NCBI GenBank assembly: GCA_965205975.1
Contig: OZ242195.1
Span: 4,096,001-4,160,000 of the forward strand
Reading direction: 5' to 3'
Source of the DNA: Candidatus Latescibacterota bacterium
Lineage (GTDB): Bacteria; Latescibacterota; UBA2968
DNA: 64,000 nucleotides
The notes beneath the pieces are model-generated. The model worked only from the letters and a program-made list of their open reading frames with translations. It did no database searches and was not told where the DNA came from. How positions within the stretch are numbered: the stretch's first letter is position 1; every line of letters starts with the position of its first letter. The position numbers were made by a program, and so were the translations under genes. Of this stretch, positions 1-9,562 are shown piece by piece.

Positions 1-1
1 C

Positions 2-2167
2 TATCGGGTTTATATAAAACATATAAAAGGACGAAACGAGCGCGTTCACGGTGTAACACCCGGCCCTCTCGGACCCGCAATAGCAGAAGCATTTCCCGAC
101 ATGCAAACGGTTCGCTTCACATCTCGCACGGGAAAAATTGGCACGGAAAATCGCGCTTTTCGGGCACAGTTGGGATTTACCGATCCCAACTTCCTCGACA
201 TTTTTTCTTTTCCAATCCTTCGAGGCGATCCATCTTTGCAAGACAAATACGCCGCACTCATAACAGAAAAAACCGCGCAGAAATATTTCAACAAAGCCAA
301 CCCCGTCGGAGCAGTGCTTCCCATTGAATACAAAAATGAAATCCAGGATTACACCATCACGGGCATTGTGAAAAACGCGCCCAAAAACTCCACAATTCAA
401 TTTGACGTACTACTACCCTTTGAACAAAGCAAGGTCGAAGACAGATGGAATTCCTACAGCATATTTACTTTCATGATGCTCCCCCCGAATATATCTCCAA
501 ACAGTCTCGAACAACAATTTCCCAGATGGACCAAAAACTGGTGGGATGAAAAGCGCGAAAACCAGATCAAACTTCAACCACTCACCCAGATGCACTTCGA
601 TCAAACCATGTACGTAAGCCGTCGCAGCAATCCCGTTTATTCATACATCTTATCGGGCATGGCGCTACTCGTCCTATTTATCGCCTGCGTCAACTTCACA
701 ACCTTAACCCTCGGACGACAGGCAATGCGAGCGCGAGAAATCGGCTTGCGAAAAGTCGTCGGCGCAAAACGCTCACAAATCGCAAACCAATTTATCGGCG
801 AATCGCTCTTACTCATCCTTATCGCGCTCACAGCCGGCATTGCCATCGCAGAACTCACATTGCCAACATTCAATAACCTATCTGGAAAATCCCTATCCTT
901 GACCGACGGCCTCAACACCACAACACTTGCATTTCTCATTCTGCTGGTCAGCCTCGTTGGCATCACAGCAGGGGGCTATCCCGCCCTGATCCTATCCCGA
1001 ATGCAACCAACTCAAATCATCGCGAGCAGATTGCAAATCAAAACGGGCAATCGTTTTGGCAACGTATTGATCGTTTTTCAGTTCGCCCTATCCATATTTT
1101 TAATCATCACCACCTTGATGATGGGCAAACAACTCACCTTTTTGAGAACCCAACCCCTGGGATATCAAACCGAACACGTCGTCGCCATTCAGACTCATGA
1201 CCTGCGAAAAGAAAACAAAACCTTACCAACTGTTTTTCGGGACGCCCTGCTGTCTCACCAGGCCGTGATCAGCACGACATGGCTTAACCATCCTCTAAAC
1301 AACGACATGAGCTTGTCAACCCATGTAACATATCGTGGAAGTCCGGAGCAACCCGTTGAAGGTATTGGTATTGACTATGACCTGTTCAAAACGCTCGACA
1401 TGAAACTCGTTGCAGGTCGAGAATACGACAGAGAATTTCCGACCGATCAAACGGAAGCGGTCATTGTCAACGAAGCACTCGTCCAAAAATTCGGCATAGA
1501 AGACCCCGTTGGCAAAACAATCACATACAGCGGCTCAAAAGACAGAACCATCATCGGCGTTGTTCAAGATTTCCACTTTCGCTCTCTGCATCATACAATC
1601 AGACCCGCTGTTCTGCCACTCAGCACATCCACTGGACGCTTATTGGTCCGCATCTATCCCGAAAATGTGCCCGGCACCATCGCATTCATCAAAGAACAAT
1701 GGGAAAAAGTCGCCCCCAATCATGCATTCAACTTCTCATTCATCAATGAAGACCTGGACAAACAATACAAAAAAGAAGAACGCTGGAATCAAATGATCCA
1801 ATACGCCACAGGATTCGCCATCTTCATCGCTGCACTCGGCGCATTCGGACTGGCCGCTCTCGCCACAACAAGACGCACCAAAGAAATCGGCATCCGCAAA
1901 GTCTTAGGCGCATCCCAAACGCAAATCCTATCCCTGCTCTCACGAGAATTTGTCCTCTACATCGCCCTCTCAAGCCTCATCGCATTCCCCATCGCCTATT
2001 ACGCGACCAATCAATGGTTACAAACCTTCGCCTACCGCACGGAATTGGGTATTGGTATATTCTTACTCGGTAGCGTAGCCCTGTTCCTCGTCGTCCTCAC
2101 AACCGTCACTACCCAGACCCTCAAAGCCGCACGCGCAAACCCGGCGGATGCCTTAAGAGATGAGTGA
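2..2167 (+). CDS. MacB/FtsX-family ABC transporter permease (5' end lies outside the window)
   Basis: Frame is open from position 2 (YRVYIKHIKG...FPDM). IACVNF, REIGLRKVVGA and RTKEIGIRKVLGAS motifs; C-terminus NPADALRDE. Confidence 0.92.
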   Translation, partial: YRVYIKHIKGRNERVHGVTPGPLGPAIAEAFPDMQTVRFTSRTGKIGTENRAFRAQLGFTDPNFLDIFSFPILRGDPSLQDKYAALITEKTAQKYFNKANPVGAVLPIEYKNEIQDYTITGIVKNAPKNSTIQFDVLLPFEQSKVEDRWNSYSIFTFMMLPPNISPNSLEQQFPRWTKNWWDEKRENQIKLQPLTQMHFDQTMYVSRRSNPVYSYILSGMALLVLFIACVNFTTLTLGRQAMRAREIGLRKVVGAKRSQIANQFIGESLLLILIALTAGIAIAELTLPTFNNLSGKSLSLTDGLNTTTLAFLILLVSLVGITAGGYPALILSRMQPTQIIASRLQIKTGNRFGNVLIVFQFALSIFLIITTLMMGKQLTFLRTQPLGYQTEHVVAIQTHDLRKENKTLPTVFRDALLSHQAVISTTWLNHPLNNDMSLSTHVTYRGSPEQPVEGIGIDYDLFKTLDMKLVAGREYDREFPTDQTEAVIVNEALVQKFGIEDPVGKTITYSGSKDRTIIGVVQDFHFRSLHHTIRPAVLPLSTSTGRLLVRIYPENVPGTIAFIKEQWEKVAPNHAFNFSFINEDLDKQYKKEERWNQMIQYATGFAIFIAALGAFGLAALATTRRTKEIGIRKVLGASQTQILSLLSREFVLYIALSSLIAFPIAYYATNQWLQTFAYRTELGIGIFLLGSVALFLVVLTTVTTQTLKAARANPADALRDE

Positions 2168-2260
2168 GTTGTATAACCCCTTGTTTTTTCGCTTAAATTG
2201 CGGATATTTGTAAACGCGGATCCAGGGATCTCGAATGGACTTCTGAGAAGTTGTACAATA
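2168..2260 (+). repeat. ~90-bp conserved leader element, copy 1
   Basis: TATAACCCCTTGTTTTTTCGCTTAAATTGCGGATATTTGTAAACGCGG...ACTTCTGAGAAGTTGTACAAT recurs at 5939-6031 and ~10798-10887. Confidence 0.9.
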
Positions 2261-2807
2261 GTGGTATCCCAGGCTCGCACATGCCACCGCCAAAGAAAGA
2301 CGCAACTGGCGATGTACCGGGGGAGGCATCCAATGGCCCGATCTGAACGAAAATCTCAGTGTTGAGACTCTGTTTACAGGCCGTCCCACAGAAGAAAAGC
2401 AGAAGTCCGACAAAACAAAGCCGCCAGTTCTGGACGAGTCTGCATTGGTGGAAGGACGACTGATGGAAGTGAACTGGGCTCGCGGGACAGCGGAACTGCA
2501 CTTCATTCCCCAAAGAGTCGTACCATTGCGTTTCGATCCAGCACTAAACGACGACATGCGTCGGCTGGCGACACAGTATGTCGAGATCAGAGGCCGTGGT
2601 CGCTTCAACGACAATGACGAATGGGATATTATTTACGTAGAGCAGATAACCGACACACGGTCATGGTCAGAGCCGTTTGACCTTGACGCATTTCGCAACG
2701 ATCCCAATCCGAAGATTTTCGATCCTGAAAAAGTCGTCGCCATTGACTTGACAGAAGAAGAGTGGGAGGCTTTCCATCGTGTGATATGTGAAGGACGGAA
2801 TGTCTAA
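2261..2807 (+). pseudogene. 5'-truncated copy of the DUF2442-containing antitoxin-like gene (paralogue of 6044-6697)
   Basis: Sequence jumps from the leader directly to TGGTATCCC (WYP), losing the RBS and about 35 codons; the rest is near-identical to 6151-6620 with a different C-terminal tail. Confidence 0.75.
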
Positions 2808-2896
2808 TGCTTTCAAACGACCACGACTTCTCCGACATTCCCGACCTGGAACTCATCCAGGCACCGGCACCACAACCAGATCAGTTACAGGAATAA
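2808..2896 (+). pseudogene. C-terminal remnant of a PIN/VapC toxin
   Basis: Reads LSNDHDFSDIPDLELIQAPAPQPDQLQE*. The SNDxDF motif is typical of PIN C-termini, and the tail is shared with 6815-6872. Confidence 0.6.
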
Positions 2897-2902
2897 CGAA
2901 TT

Positions 2903-3217
2903 ATGAAACTACATGTCGATAAGGAAGCCAACGCGCTCTATCTGCGCCTTGACGACTCTGCTATCGTCGAATCAGAAGAGGTCTCGCCGGGTATGGTGCT
3001 TGATTACAATGCATCAAATGAAGTAGTAGGTGTGTCTATGAATCAGTTTGCGATTTATGCTTTTGCACGTGAAATTGCCGAGCTTGAAACCACAGCCTTT
3101 TTTCAAAATCAATATGCGGGCAAAAACAAACGAGAAATTCTGGAGGCATTTGACGCTGTTATGAGCAAACAAATCCCCGCCCAAACACCTCCTGATTGGG
3201 ACCAATTGGATAGATGA
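2903..3217 (+). CDS. Chimeric ORF: DUF2283 N-terminus joined to a HicB-like antitoxin C-terminus
   Basis: First ~44 aa are nearly identical to 10902-11102, then the sequence diverges at VVGV|SMNQFAIYAFAREI. Confidence 0.55.
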   Translation: MKLHVDKEANALYLRLDDSAIVESEEVSPGMVLDYNASNEVVGVSMNQFAIYAFAREIAELETTAFFQNQYAGKNKREILEAFDAVMSKQIPAQTPPDWDQLDR

Positions 3218-3245
3218 GTGAGCCAATTTTGCATCCACCCATCAG

Positions 3246-4031
3246 CTACACCTCGGAAACCACACCAGGATACCGATTTTGAATCCACCAATCCGAGTGT
3301 GGCATCCCGCTCGCGCGCGTCTTTTTCACCAGCAAATCGATATCTATTGGCACGCGGCGTAACTCAATACGAAGGCTCTTATTCTCCCATGCAATAACGC
3401 CATATTCTGCCCAGGGAGGATATCCCCTATCGTGTGAATCATCCAATGAACCTCGGAGAACCCGGCGTATCCGATCCTGTGCGGGAACAGGCGCACCAAC
3501 ACTTCCGGGATTGATGATCGTGCTATCTGCATAATAACGAACCATCTGTGTATGCGTATGTCCCCCAGCCAACACCATCGCGTGATACCCAGACAGCATG
3601 CGTTCCATCTCCTCATCTGGCGTGTGAGAAGCGATTCCATCTTCATTAGACCGTGGAGAACCGTGATAGCAAAGAAGATTGGTGGTCGCATCCAGAGGTA
3701 TTTCGACCGTTGCCTGGAACGTCCGCATGTAGTCGAGATCATCAGGTGAAAGCTTACGGACACCCCAGAATCGAACTTCATTCCCTCGCCTGGCATTCTC
3801 GCTCTTTCCCCTACCAGGACGTGGATCAAGACACCACACGTCCATATTCCCCATAACAACAGAACCATTCAGAGATTTCAACTGAGCAATAACCTCACAT
3901 GGTTGGGGACCATCAGAGACGGTATCACCCAGGCACACAATGTGATCAATGGATTCTGTTTTGAGATCTTTCAAGACAGCTTCCAGAGCCACTGCATTTC
4001 CATGAATATCAGAGATGATGGCGATTCGCAT
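3246..4031 (-). CDS. Calcineurin-like metallophosphoesterase, copy 1
   Basis: SDIHGN, LGD, GNMD, HGSP, GHTH and NPGSVG motifs; AAGGAGG RBS. Confidence 0.9.
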   Translation of the reverse strand: MRIAIISDIHGNAVALEAVLKDLKTESIDHIVCLGDTVSDGPQPCEVIAQLKSLNGSVVMGNMDVWCLDPRPGRGKSENARRGNEVRFWGVRKLSPDDLDYMRTFQATVEIPLDATTNLLCYHGSPRSNEDGIASHTPDEEMERMLSGYHAMVLAGGHTHTQMVRYYADSTIINPGSVGAPVPAQDRIRRVLRGSLDDSHDRGYPPWAEYGVIAWENKSLRIELRRVPIDIDLLVKKTRASGMPHSDWWIQNRYPGVVSEV

Positions 4032-4089
4032 ATTTATACCTCCTTATCGTAAGAGAGCTTCAAAGGAATTTTTGTGCATCACTGGCCTT

Positions 4090-4154
4090 AAAAACAAAAA
4101 AGCGCGGAAAATCTACCATAGGAGATGTATCCTCCTATAGCAGCTCCCCCGCGC
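4090..4154 (-). promoter_or_regulatory. Terminator-like hairpin in the 5' leader of the phosphoesterase gene (candidate attenuator), copy 1
   Basis: Minus strand GCGCGG..ATAGGAG-gatacat-CTCCTAT..CCGCGC followed by TTTTTTGTTTTT, lying between a putative promoter (~4197-4225) and the RBS. Confidence 0.6.
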
Positions 4155-4396
4155 CATCGCTTCAGTTGACGCAAATCTGCTATTCATCTACACCAATGGT
4201 ACGCTATAGAGCATCAGAAAACAAGTCTTTTGGATTCGCACATTAAGACATTTTGAACAAGTGAATTTTTGAGTATAATATACTTTATATTCAAAATTCG
4301 CCATGTCCTCACACACGCAGAATACACTCGTCGCACGCGAGAAGGCACGTTGTAAGAAGGAGTACTTGATGGCTGACATACAGAGAGTTTGGTATC

Positions 4397-5109
4397 ATGA
4401 AATATAAGGCCATAATTTTCGACTTATTTGGGACTTTGGTTGATAATTTTAGCAAAAAAAAGCACGACAAAGTACATGCATTGATGGCCGAAACATTGTC
4501 GGTGCCATATAAAGCGTTTAGACAAGCATTCGGCTCTTCTTTTTCTGACCTATGTATTGGGAAATTCAGGTCAATAGAAGAAATTATCGCTGTATGTTGC
4601 GCTCAAATTGGTCTATCTCCCAGTGACTGCAAAATCAACACAGCCGCGCAATATCGATACGACTTCACAATGAAGACACTCAAACCAAAAATTGAAGTCC
4701 TGCTTACGCTTCAAAAACTAAAAGATGATGGCTATAAAATTGGACTCATAACAAACTGCGGTCCAGATGTCCCTCTACTCTGGCACACTTCTCCTTTATC
4801 AGAGCATATCGATTTACCGCTCTTTTCTTGTACAGAAAAAATACAAAAGCCCGCTATTGAAATCTATAAACGGGCACATGAACAGTTGGGACTTCCGTCA
4901 AATGCTGTGTTTATGTGGGCGATGGTAGCAGCCGGGAAATGACCGGTGCGAAAGAAATAGGTTTCTTGCCCGTGCTAAAGCAAGTCGATTTAGAAGATGT
5001 ATATGATGACGCAAGACCAGACATAATTGGGTGGCGTGGGTTATCAATTACTGAAATTGAGGAACTGCCTGAATTACTTGCGCGCATCAATAGCCCGGAT
5101 CATAACTAA
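4397..5109 (+). pseudogene. HAD-superfamily hydrolase, frameshifted
   Basis: IIFDLFGTL, ITN and KP motifs in ORF 4397-4942; motif IV (YVGDGSSREMTGA) continues in another frame from ~4905. Confidence 0.75.
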
Positions 5110-5435
5110 ACAGCAACGACCCGCTGATGGCCGCTTCTATCTTCCGAATGCGTAATGCGAATCTCGATATTGCGGTTCAGCCGATTCAGAAACCCAAACA
5201 GTCTCTCTACACTAAAACGGCTAAAATCACCGTTCTTCAGCCGGGATACATCGGACTGATTGATCCCGAGAATTTCCCCCGCTTTTGCCTGCGTCAGCTT
5301 TCGCCCTTCAAGAATACTATAGATTTCAAATGCCAGATCTGCCTTCAGCAACTCACGTTCAGCCTCTGATTCTGAGAAACCGATGTCCCGAAATACATTT
5401 CCAGAGCTTTGCTCAAATTTGACTTTTTCATTCAT
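5106..5435 (-). CDS. XRE-family HTH antitoxin (HigA-like)
   Basis: SSGNVFRDIGF and LTQAKAGEILGINQSDVSRL HTH; overlaps the toxin stop. Confidence 0.88.
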   Translation of the reverse strand: MNEKVKFEQSSGNVFRDIGFSESEAERELLKADLAFEIYSILEGRKLTQAKAGEILGINQSDVSRLKNGDFSRFSVERLFGFLNRLNRNIEIRITHSEDRSGHQRVVAV

Positions 5436-5802
5436 TTTGGGTCTCCATATTTTTCGCTATTTTCAGCCGCAATTTAATCAGGTCAATTGCCTGCTTAGGT
5501 GTTCTAATGCCACGAGTGGATTTCTTCTGGAACGCATGAAGCACATAGATTTTCTCGCCAATCTTGACGGTATAAACAGCGCGATAGGTATTTGTATCGT
5601 AAGGAACGACAATCTCCAATACGCCAGAACCCACTGATCGTAGTGGCTTTGACTTTGGGTGTTTACCGCCCCATTGAGCAAAACGCAACGCTTCACCCAC
5701 TGTTCTTCTCGCAGCTTTGGGAAAACTTCGGACTTGCTCACGAGAATCCCCGACCCATGTTACACTTTTTATTTTTTCATTCAAAATTGTACCTTCCTTC
5801 AA
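5428..5802 (-). CDS. RelE/HigB-like toxin (Gp49-like)
   Basis: GVLEI..YRAVYTVKIGEKIYVLHAFQKKS..TP motif. Confidence 0.88.
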   Translation of the reverse strand: MKEGTILNEKIKSVTWVGDSREQVRSFPKAARRTVGEALRFAQWGGKHPKSKPLRSVGSGVLEIVVPYDTNTYRAVYTVKIGEKIYVLHAFQKKSTRGIRTPKQAIDLIKLRLKIAKNMETQNE

Positions 5803-5851
5803 TTTATGGCAAATTTACCATATTTATATGAAAAATTCAAGGTTTTTTTAG

Positions 5852-5938
5852 GTATTGTTAATCACATTGACCACAGTGAGTTATCAGGCGTGGAAAATTG
5901 CCCGCACCAATCCCGTGGATGCCCTGCGATATGAGTGA
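5852..5938 (+). pseudogene. Orphan 3' end (28 codons) of an ABC permease
   Basis: Reads VLLITLTTVSYQAWKIARTNPVDALRYE*, matching the C-termini of the four full permeases in the window; no upstream gene body. Confidence 0.85.
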
Positions 5939-6031
5939 GCTATATAACCCCTTGTTTTTTCGCTTAAATTACGGATATTTGTAAACGCGGATCCAGTGAT
6001 CTCGAATGGACTTCTAAGAAGTTGTACAATA
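5939..6031 (+). repeat. ~90-bp conserved leader element, copy 2
   Basis: Near-identical to 2168-2260; contains the ACTTCT-N-AGAAGT palindrome and TACAAT. Confidence 0.9.
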
Positions 6032-6043
6032 TGGAGGCCTGAG

Positions 6044-6697
6044 ATGAATATTTCGACAATTGATATGCCGCAGGCTGAGCGCGTGGAAGTAAGCGAGGAT
6101 ACGCTGACGGCGGTACTCTCCGATGGACGAACCATCTCCGTGCCCCTGAAATGGTATCCCAGACTCGCACACGCCACCGCCAAAGAAAGACGCAACTGGC
6201 GACGTACCAGTGGAGGCATCCACTGGCCCGACCTCAACGAAAACCTCAGCGTTGAGGCACTGTTTGCAGGCCATCCCAGAAAAGAAAAGCAGAAGTCCGA
6301 CAAGACAAAGCTGCCGGTTCTGGACGAGCCTGCACTGGTGGAAGGGCGACTGATGGAGGTGAACTGGGCTTATGGCACAGCAGAGTTGCATTACATCCCG
6401 CAAAGAGTCGTGCCGTTGCGTTTCGATCCGGCACTAAACGACGACATGCGTCGGCTGGCGACCCAGTATGTCGAGATCAGAGGCCGCGGTCACTTCAACG
6501 ACAATGACGAATGGGATATTATTTACGTAAAGCAGATAACCTGCACGCGGTCATGGTCCGAGCCGTTTGACCTCGAGGCATTTCGCAACGATCCCAATCC
6601 GAAGATTTTCGATCCTGAAAAGGTCGTTACCGTCAGTGAACCTTTCGACGTAGATGAGTTCATTCGCGTCATCCACGAAGGCCGAGATGTTGAGTGA
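6044..6697 (+). CDS. DUF2442-domain protein with C-terminal antitoxin-like extension
   Basis: LSDGRTISVPLKWYPRL...GIHWPDLNENLSVEAL is the DUF2442 pattern; GGAGG RBS; overlaps the PIN start (GTGA). Confidence 0.75.
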   Translation: MNISTIDMPQAERVEVSEDTLTAVLSDGRTISVPLKWYPRLAHATAKERRNWRRTSGGIHWPDLNENLSVEALFAGHPRKEKQKSDKTKLPVLDEPALVEGRLMEVNWAYGTAELHYIPQRVVPLRFDPALNDDMRRLATQYVEIRGRGHFNDNDEWDIIYVKQITCTRSWSEPFDLEAFRNDPNPKIFDPEKVVTVSEPFDVDEFIRVIHEGRDVE

Positions 6698-6882
6698 AAG
6701 GAATCTTCAAGTTGGTAATCCTGGATACCAATATCGTTTCATACATCTTCAATAAAGATACCAGGGCACTGTATTACCAGAACCAGATTCAAGGCCAACG
6801 CGTGTTCATCTCATTCCAGACCTGGTACTCATCCAGGCACCGGCACCACAACCAGATCAGTCACAGGAATAACGAAGGGTAG
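6694..6882 (+). pseudogene. PIN/VapC toxin with an internal deletion
   Basis: VILDTNIVSY N-terminal PIN motif, then an out-of-frame jump to the gene's 3' tail near 6815. Confidence 0.7.
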
Positions 6883-6930
6883 AATGATCGAATAAAATCC
6901 CCACGGCTACCATTTGCATCCACCCATCAG

Positions 6931-7716
6931 CTACACCTCGGAAACCACACCGGGATACCGATTTTCAATCCACCAATCCGCGTGTGGCATCCCGCTCTCG
7001 TGCGTTTTTTTCACCAGCAAATCGATATCTATCAGCACGCGACGTAACTCGATCCGAAGGCTCTTATTCTCCCAGGCAATAACGCCATATTCTGCCCAGG
7101 GAGGATATCCCCTATCGTCCGGATTATCCAATGGATCTCGAAGAACCCGGCGTATCCGATCCTGTGCGGGAACAGGCGCACCCACACTCCCGGGATTGAT
7201 GATCGTACTATCTCCATAATAACGAACCATCTGTGTATGCGTATGCCCCCCAGCCAATACCATCGCGTGATACCCAGACAGCATGCGTTCCATCTCCTCA
7301 TCTGGCGTGTGAGAAGCGATTCCATCTTCATTAGACCGTGGAGAACCGTGATAGCAAAGAAGATTGGTAGTCGCATCCAAAGGTATTTCGACCGTTGCCT
7401 GGAACGTCCGCATGTAGTCGAGATCGTCAGGTGAAAGCCTGCGGACATCCCAGAATCGAACTTCATTTCCTCGCCTGGCATTCTCGCTCTTTCCCCTACC
7501 CGGATGAGGATCAAGACACCACACATCCATATTCCCCATAACAACAGAACCATTCAGAGATTTCAAACGAGCAAGAACCTCACATGGTTGGGGACCGTCA
7601 GAAACGGTATCACCCAGACACACAATATGATCAATGGATTCTGTTTTGAGATCATTCAAAACAGCTTCTAAAGCCACTGCATTTCCATGAATATCAGAGA
7701 TGAGGGCGATTCGCAT
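6931..7716 (-). CDS. Calcineurin-like metallophosphoesterase, copy 2
   Basis: Near-identical paralogue of 3246-4031; start placed at 7716 using the AAGGAGG RBS and copy 1. Confidence 0.9.
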   Translation of the reverse strand: MRIALISDIHGNAVALEAVLNDLKTESIDHIVCLGDTVSDGPQPCEVLARLKSLNGSVVMGNMDVWCLDPHPGRGKSENARRGNEVRFWDVRRLSPDDLDYMRTFQATVEIPLDATTNLLCYHGSPRSNEDGIASHTPDEEMERMLSGYHAMVLAGGHTHTQMVRYYGDSTIINPGSVGAPVPAQDRIRRVLRDPLDNPDDRGYPPWAEYGVIAWENKSLRIELRRVLIDIDLLVKKTHESGMPHADWWIENRYPGVVSEV

Positions 7717-7774
7717 ATTCATACCTCCTTGTAGTGAGAGAGCTTCAAAGGAATTTTTGTACATCATTGGCCTC

Positions 7775-7840
7775 AAAAACAAAAAAAGCGCGGACAATCT
7801 ACCATAGGAGATGTATCCTCCTATAGCAGCTCCCCCGCGC
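7775..7840 (-). promoter_or_regulatory. Terminator-like leader hairpin, copy 2
   Basis: Same hairpin and T-run as 4090-4154; upstream TTGCAT-N17-TATCAT promoter at ~7905-7933. Confidence 0.6.
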
Positions 7841-7993
7841 CATCGCTTCAGTTGACGCAAAATATTAGCTCGATCAATAGGTTTTTATTGCCTGTTTACA
7901 CCAATGATACTCTATAGATCTTCGTAATGCAAGCCTTTTGGAGAGATTTCTCAGCCCAATGGACCTCCACCTTTCTTAATAGGACTCGGACAC

Positions 7994-8518
7994 TTACTTT
8001 TTTAACTTTACAAATTCAGCAAATCCCATCCTCTTACCAGTGAGCGAAAAGATGACCATTTCATGACACACAACAACAACACGCTGAAAGGTCCGGTATC
8101 GTTCCAATACGCGACCAACACGACCACGCACACTGGACATCGGCTCCCAATCTCTCGTCTCTCCTATAGGCCACTCACTTCCCAGTTCATGCATTTCTGC
8201 CTCTGTTTCTTCGACAAGCTCCATCGAATCTCGCCATCCGCAAATCCATTCGTGCAGATCAAACTCGACTCGAAGTGGAAGATCGAGTATTCGGCTGAGT
8301 ATAGCAGCCGATTGGAGCGCCCGTGACATTGGGGATGAAATAACAATCTGAGGATCTTCATTTGACAGGGATTTTGAAGCATTCTCAATCTGGCTGATCC
8401 CCTTATCGGTCAACGGAATAATATGGGCTGCCCAACCCTCCTCTGCGCCTTTGAGATTCCCACCAGCAGCTAAATCCCAAATGGGTTCTCCATGTCGAAT
8501 AAGATAGAAAGTCGTCAT
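7994..8518 (-). CDS. Histidine phosphatase (phosphoglycerate mutase-like) family protein
   Basis: LIRHGE, SSPMSRALQSA, LHE and VVVVCH motifs. Confidence 0.85.
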   Translation of the reverse strand: MTTFYLIRHGEPIWDLAAGGNLKGAEEGWAAHIIPLTDKGISQIENASKSLSNEDPQIVISSPMSRALQSAAILSRILDLPLRVEFDLHEWICGWRDSMELVEETEAEMHELGSEWPIGETRDWEPMSSVRGRVGRVLERYRTFQRVVVVCHEMVIFSLTGKRMGFAEFVKLKK

Positions 8519-8576
8519 TCCTCAATCTCCACTTATATGTGAAACTGAAAGACTCTCAACAGCATACGCCATCATA

Positions 8577-8614
8577 CCTGTTGACCGTTCATCAGCCTGT
8601 TAAACCGCTTATCA
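8577..8614 (+). promoter_or_regulatory. Putative LytTR-type direct-repeat binding site
   Basis: ACCGTTCATC (8584) and ACCGCTTATC (8604) direct repeats upstream of the hydrolase-LytS-LytTR unit. Confidence 0.4.
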
Positions 8615-8698
8615 TCTTTTGCTTCTTAAAACGCGATAGATCGCCTACCTTTTGATTGATCACAAAAGAGAAGTATTCACCGTCAAAAGGAGGATGTC

Positions 8699-9562
8699 AT
8701 GTCAAAATGGAAACACGTCATATTGCAAATGAGTGCAATCTTTATAGCGCTTTTAACACCGATTCTCGCATCTGCACAGACAGATAATCCGCAACCTTTC
8801 AAAGTGGAAATAACGGGGTCCGGACATCCGATGATCTTGATTCCCGGTCTAAGTAGCTCTGGAGACGTCTGGCGCGAAACAGTCAGCCGATACCAGAACA
8901 GCTTTGAATGTCATGTCTTTACACTGGCGGGATTTGCCGGACAGCCACCCGTGCAAACAGACCATTATTTGCAAACCATGAGAGACGCCCTTATTGCATA
9001 CATCCAGGAAAACGATCTAAAAAAACCAATCCTTGCAGGACACAGTTTGGGTGGTTTTCTATCGTTGTGGGTTGCTGCAAGCATACCCGAAAGCGTGGGA
9101 TCGCTTATTATTGTCGATGCCGTGCCCTTTTTACCCGCATTACAAAACCCGGCAACAACCGTTGAATTTATGCGCGCGCCAGCAGAACAAACACGCGCCT
9201 GGATACGCTCTCAAACACCTGAACAAAGAGAAAAAGCAACGCCATCTATGCTCAAAATGATGATCACAGACCCCGCAAAAATAGATACGGCTGTCGTGTG
9301 GAGTCTATCTTCGGACCCAAACACAGTTGCCCAAGCAATGTACGAAATGTTCTTGACAGACTTGCGGACCGAAATAAAAAAAATACAAACCCCTGTACTG
9401 GTATTGGGAGCCTGGATTTCGGGGCAATCTCAGGGCGCAACGCGGGAAAGCTCACTATTGGATCTGTACAACTTTTGTTGTGGACACACCTGCTCAGAAT
9501 CATATTCAAAAAGCGGCATTGGGTCACACTGCCTTTGTGGAAACTCTTTATCCGAGTATTGA
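8699..9562 (+). pseudogene. Secreted alpha/beta hydrolase, C-terminally truncated
   Basis: Signal peptide and GHSLGG elbow; hydrolase-like sequence ends near 9460 and no catalytic-His segment is recognisable. Confidence 0.7.

Noticed and set aside
5852..5938. DGR template repeat for permease C-termini
   Set aside because: No reverse transcriptase in the window, and the differences from permease ends are not adenine-specific.
7717..7860. 48-aa N-terminal extension of phosphoesterase copy 2
   Set aside because: Closed by a stop in copy 1, spans a terminator-like hairpin, and a strong RBS sits just before 7716.
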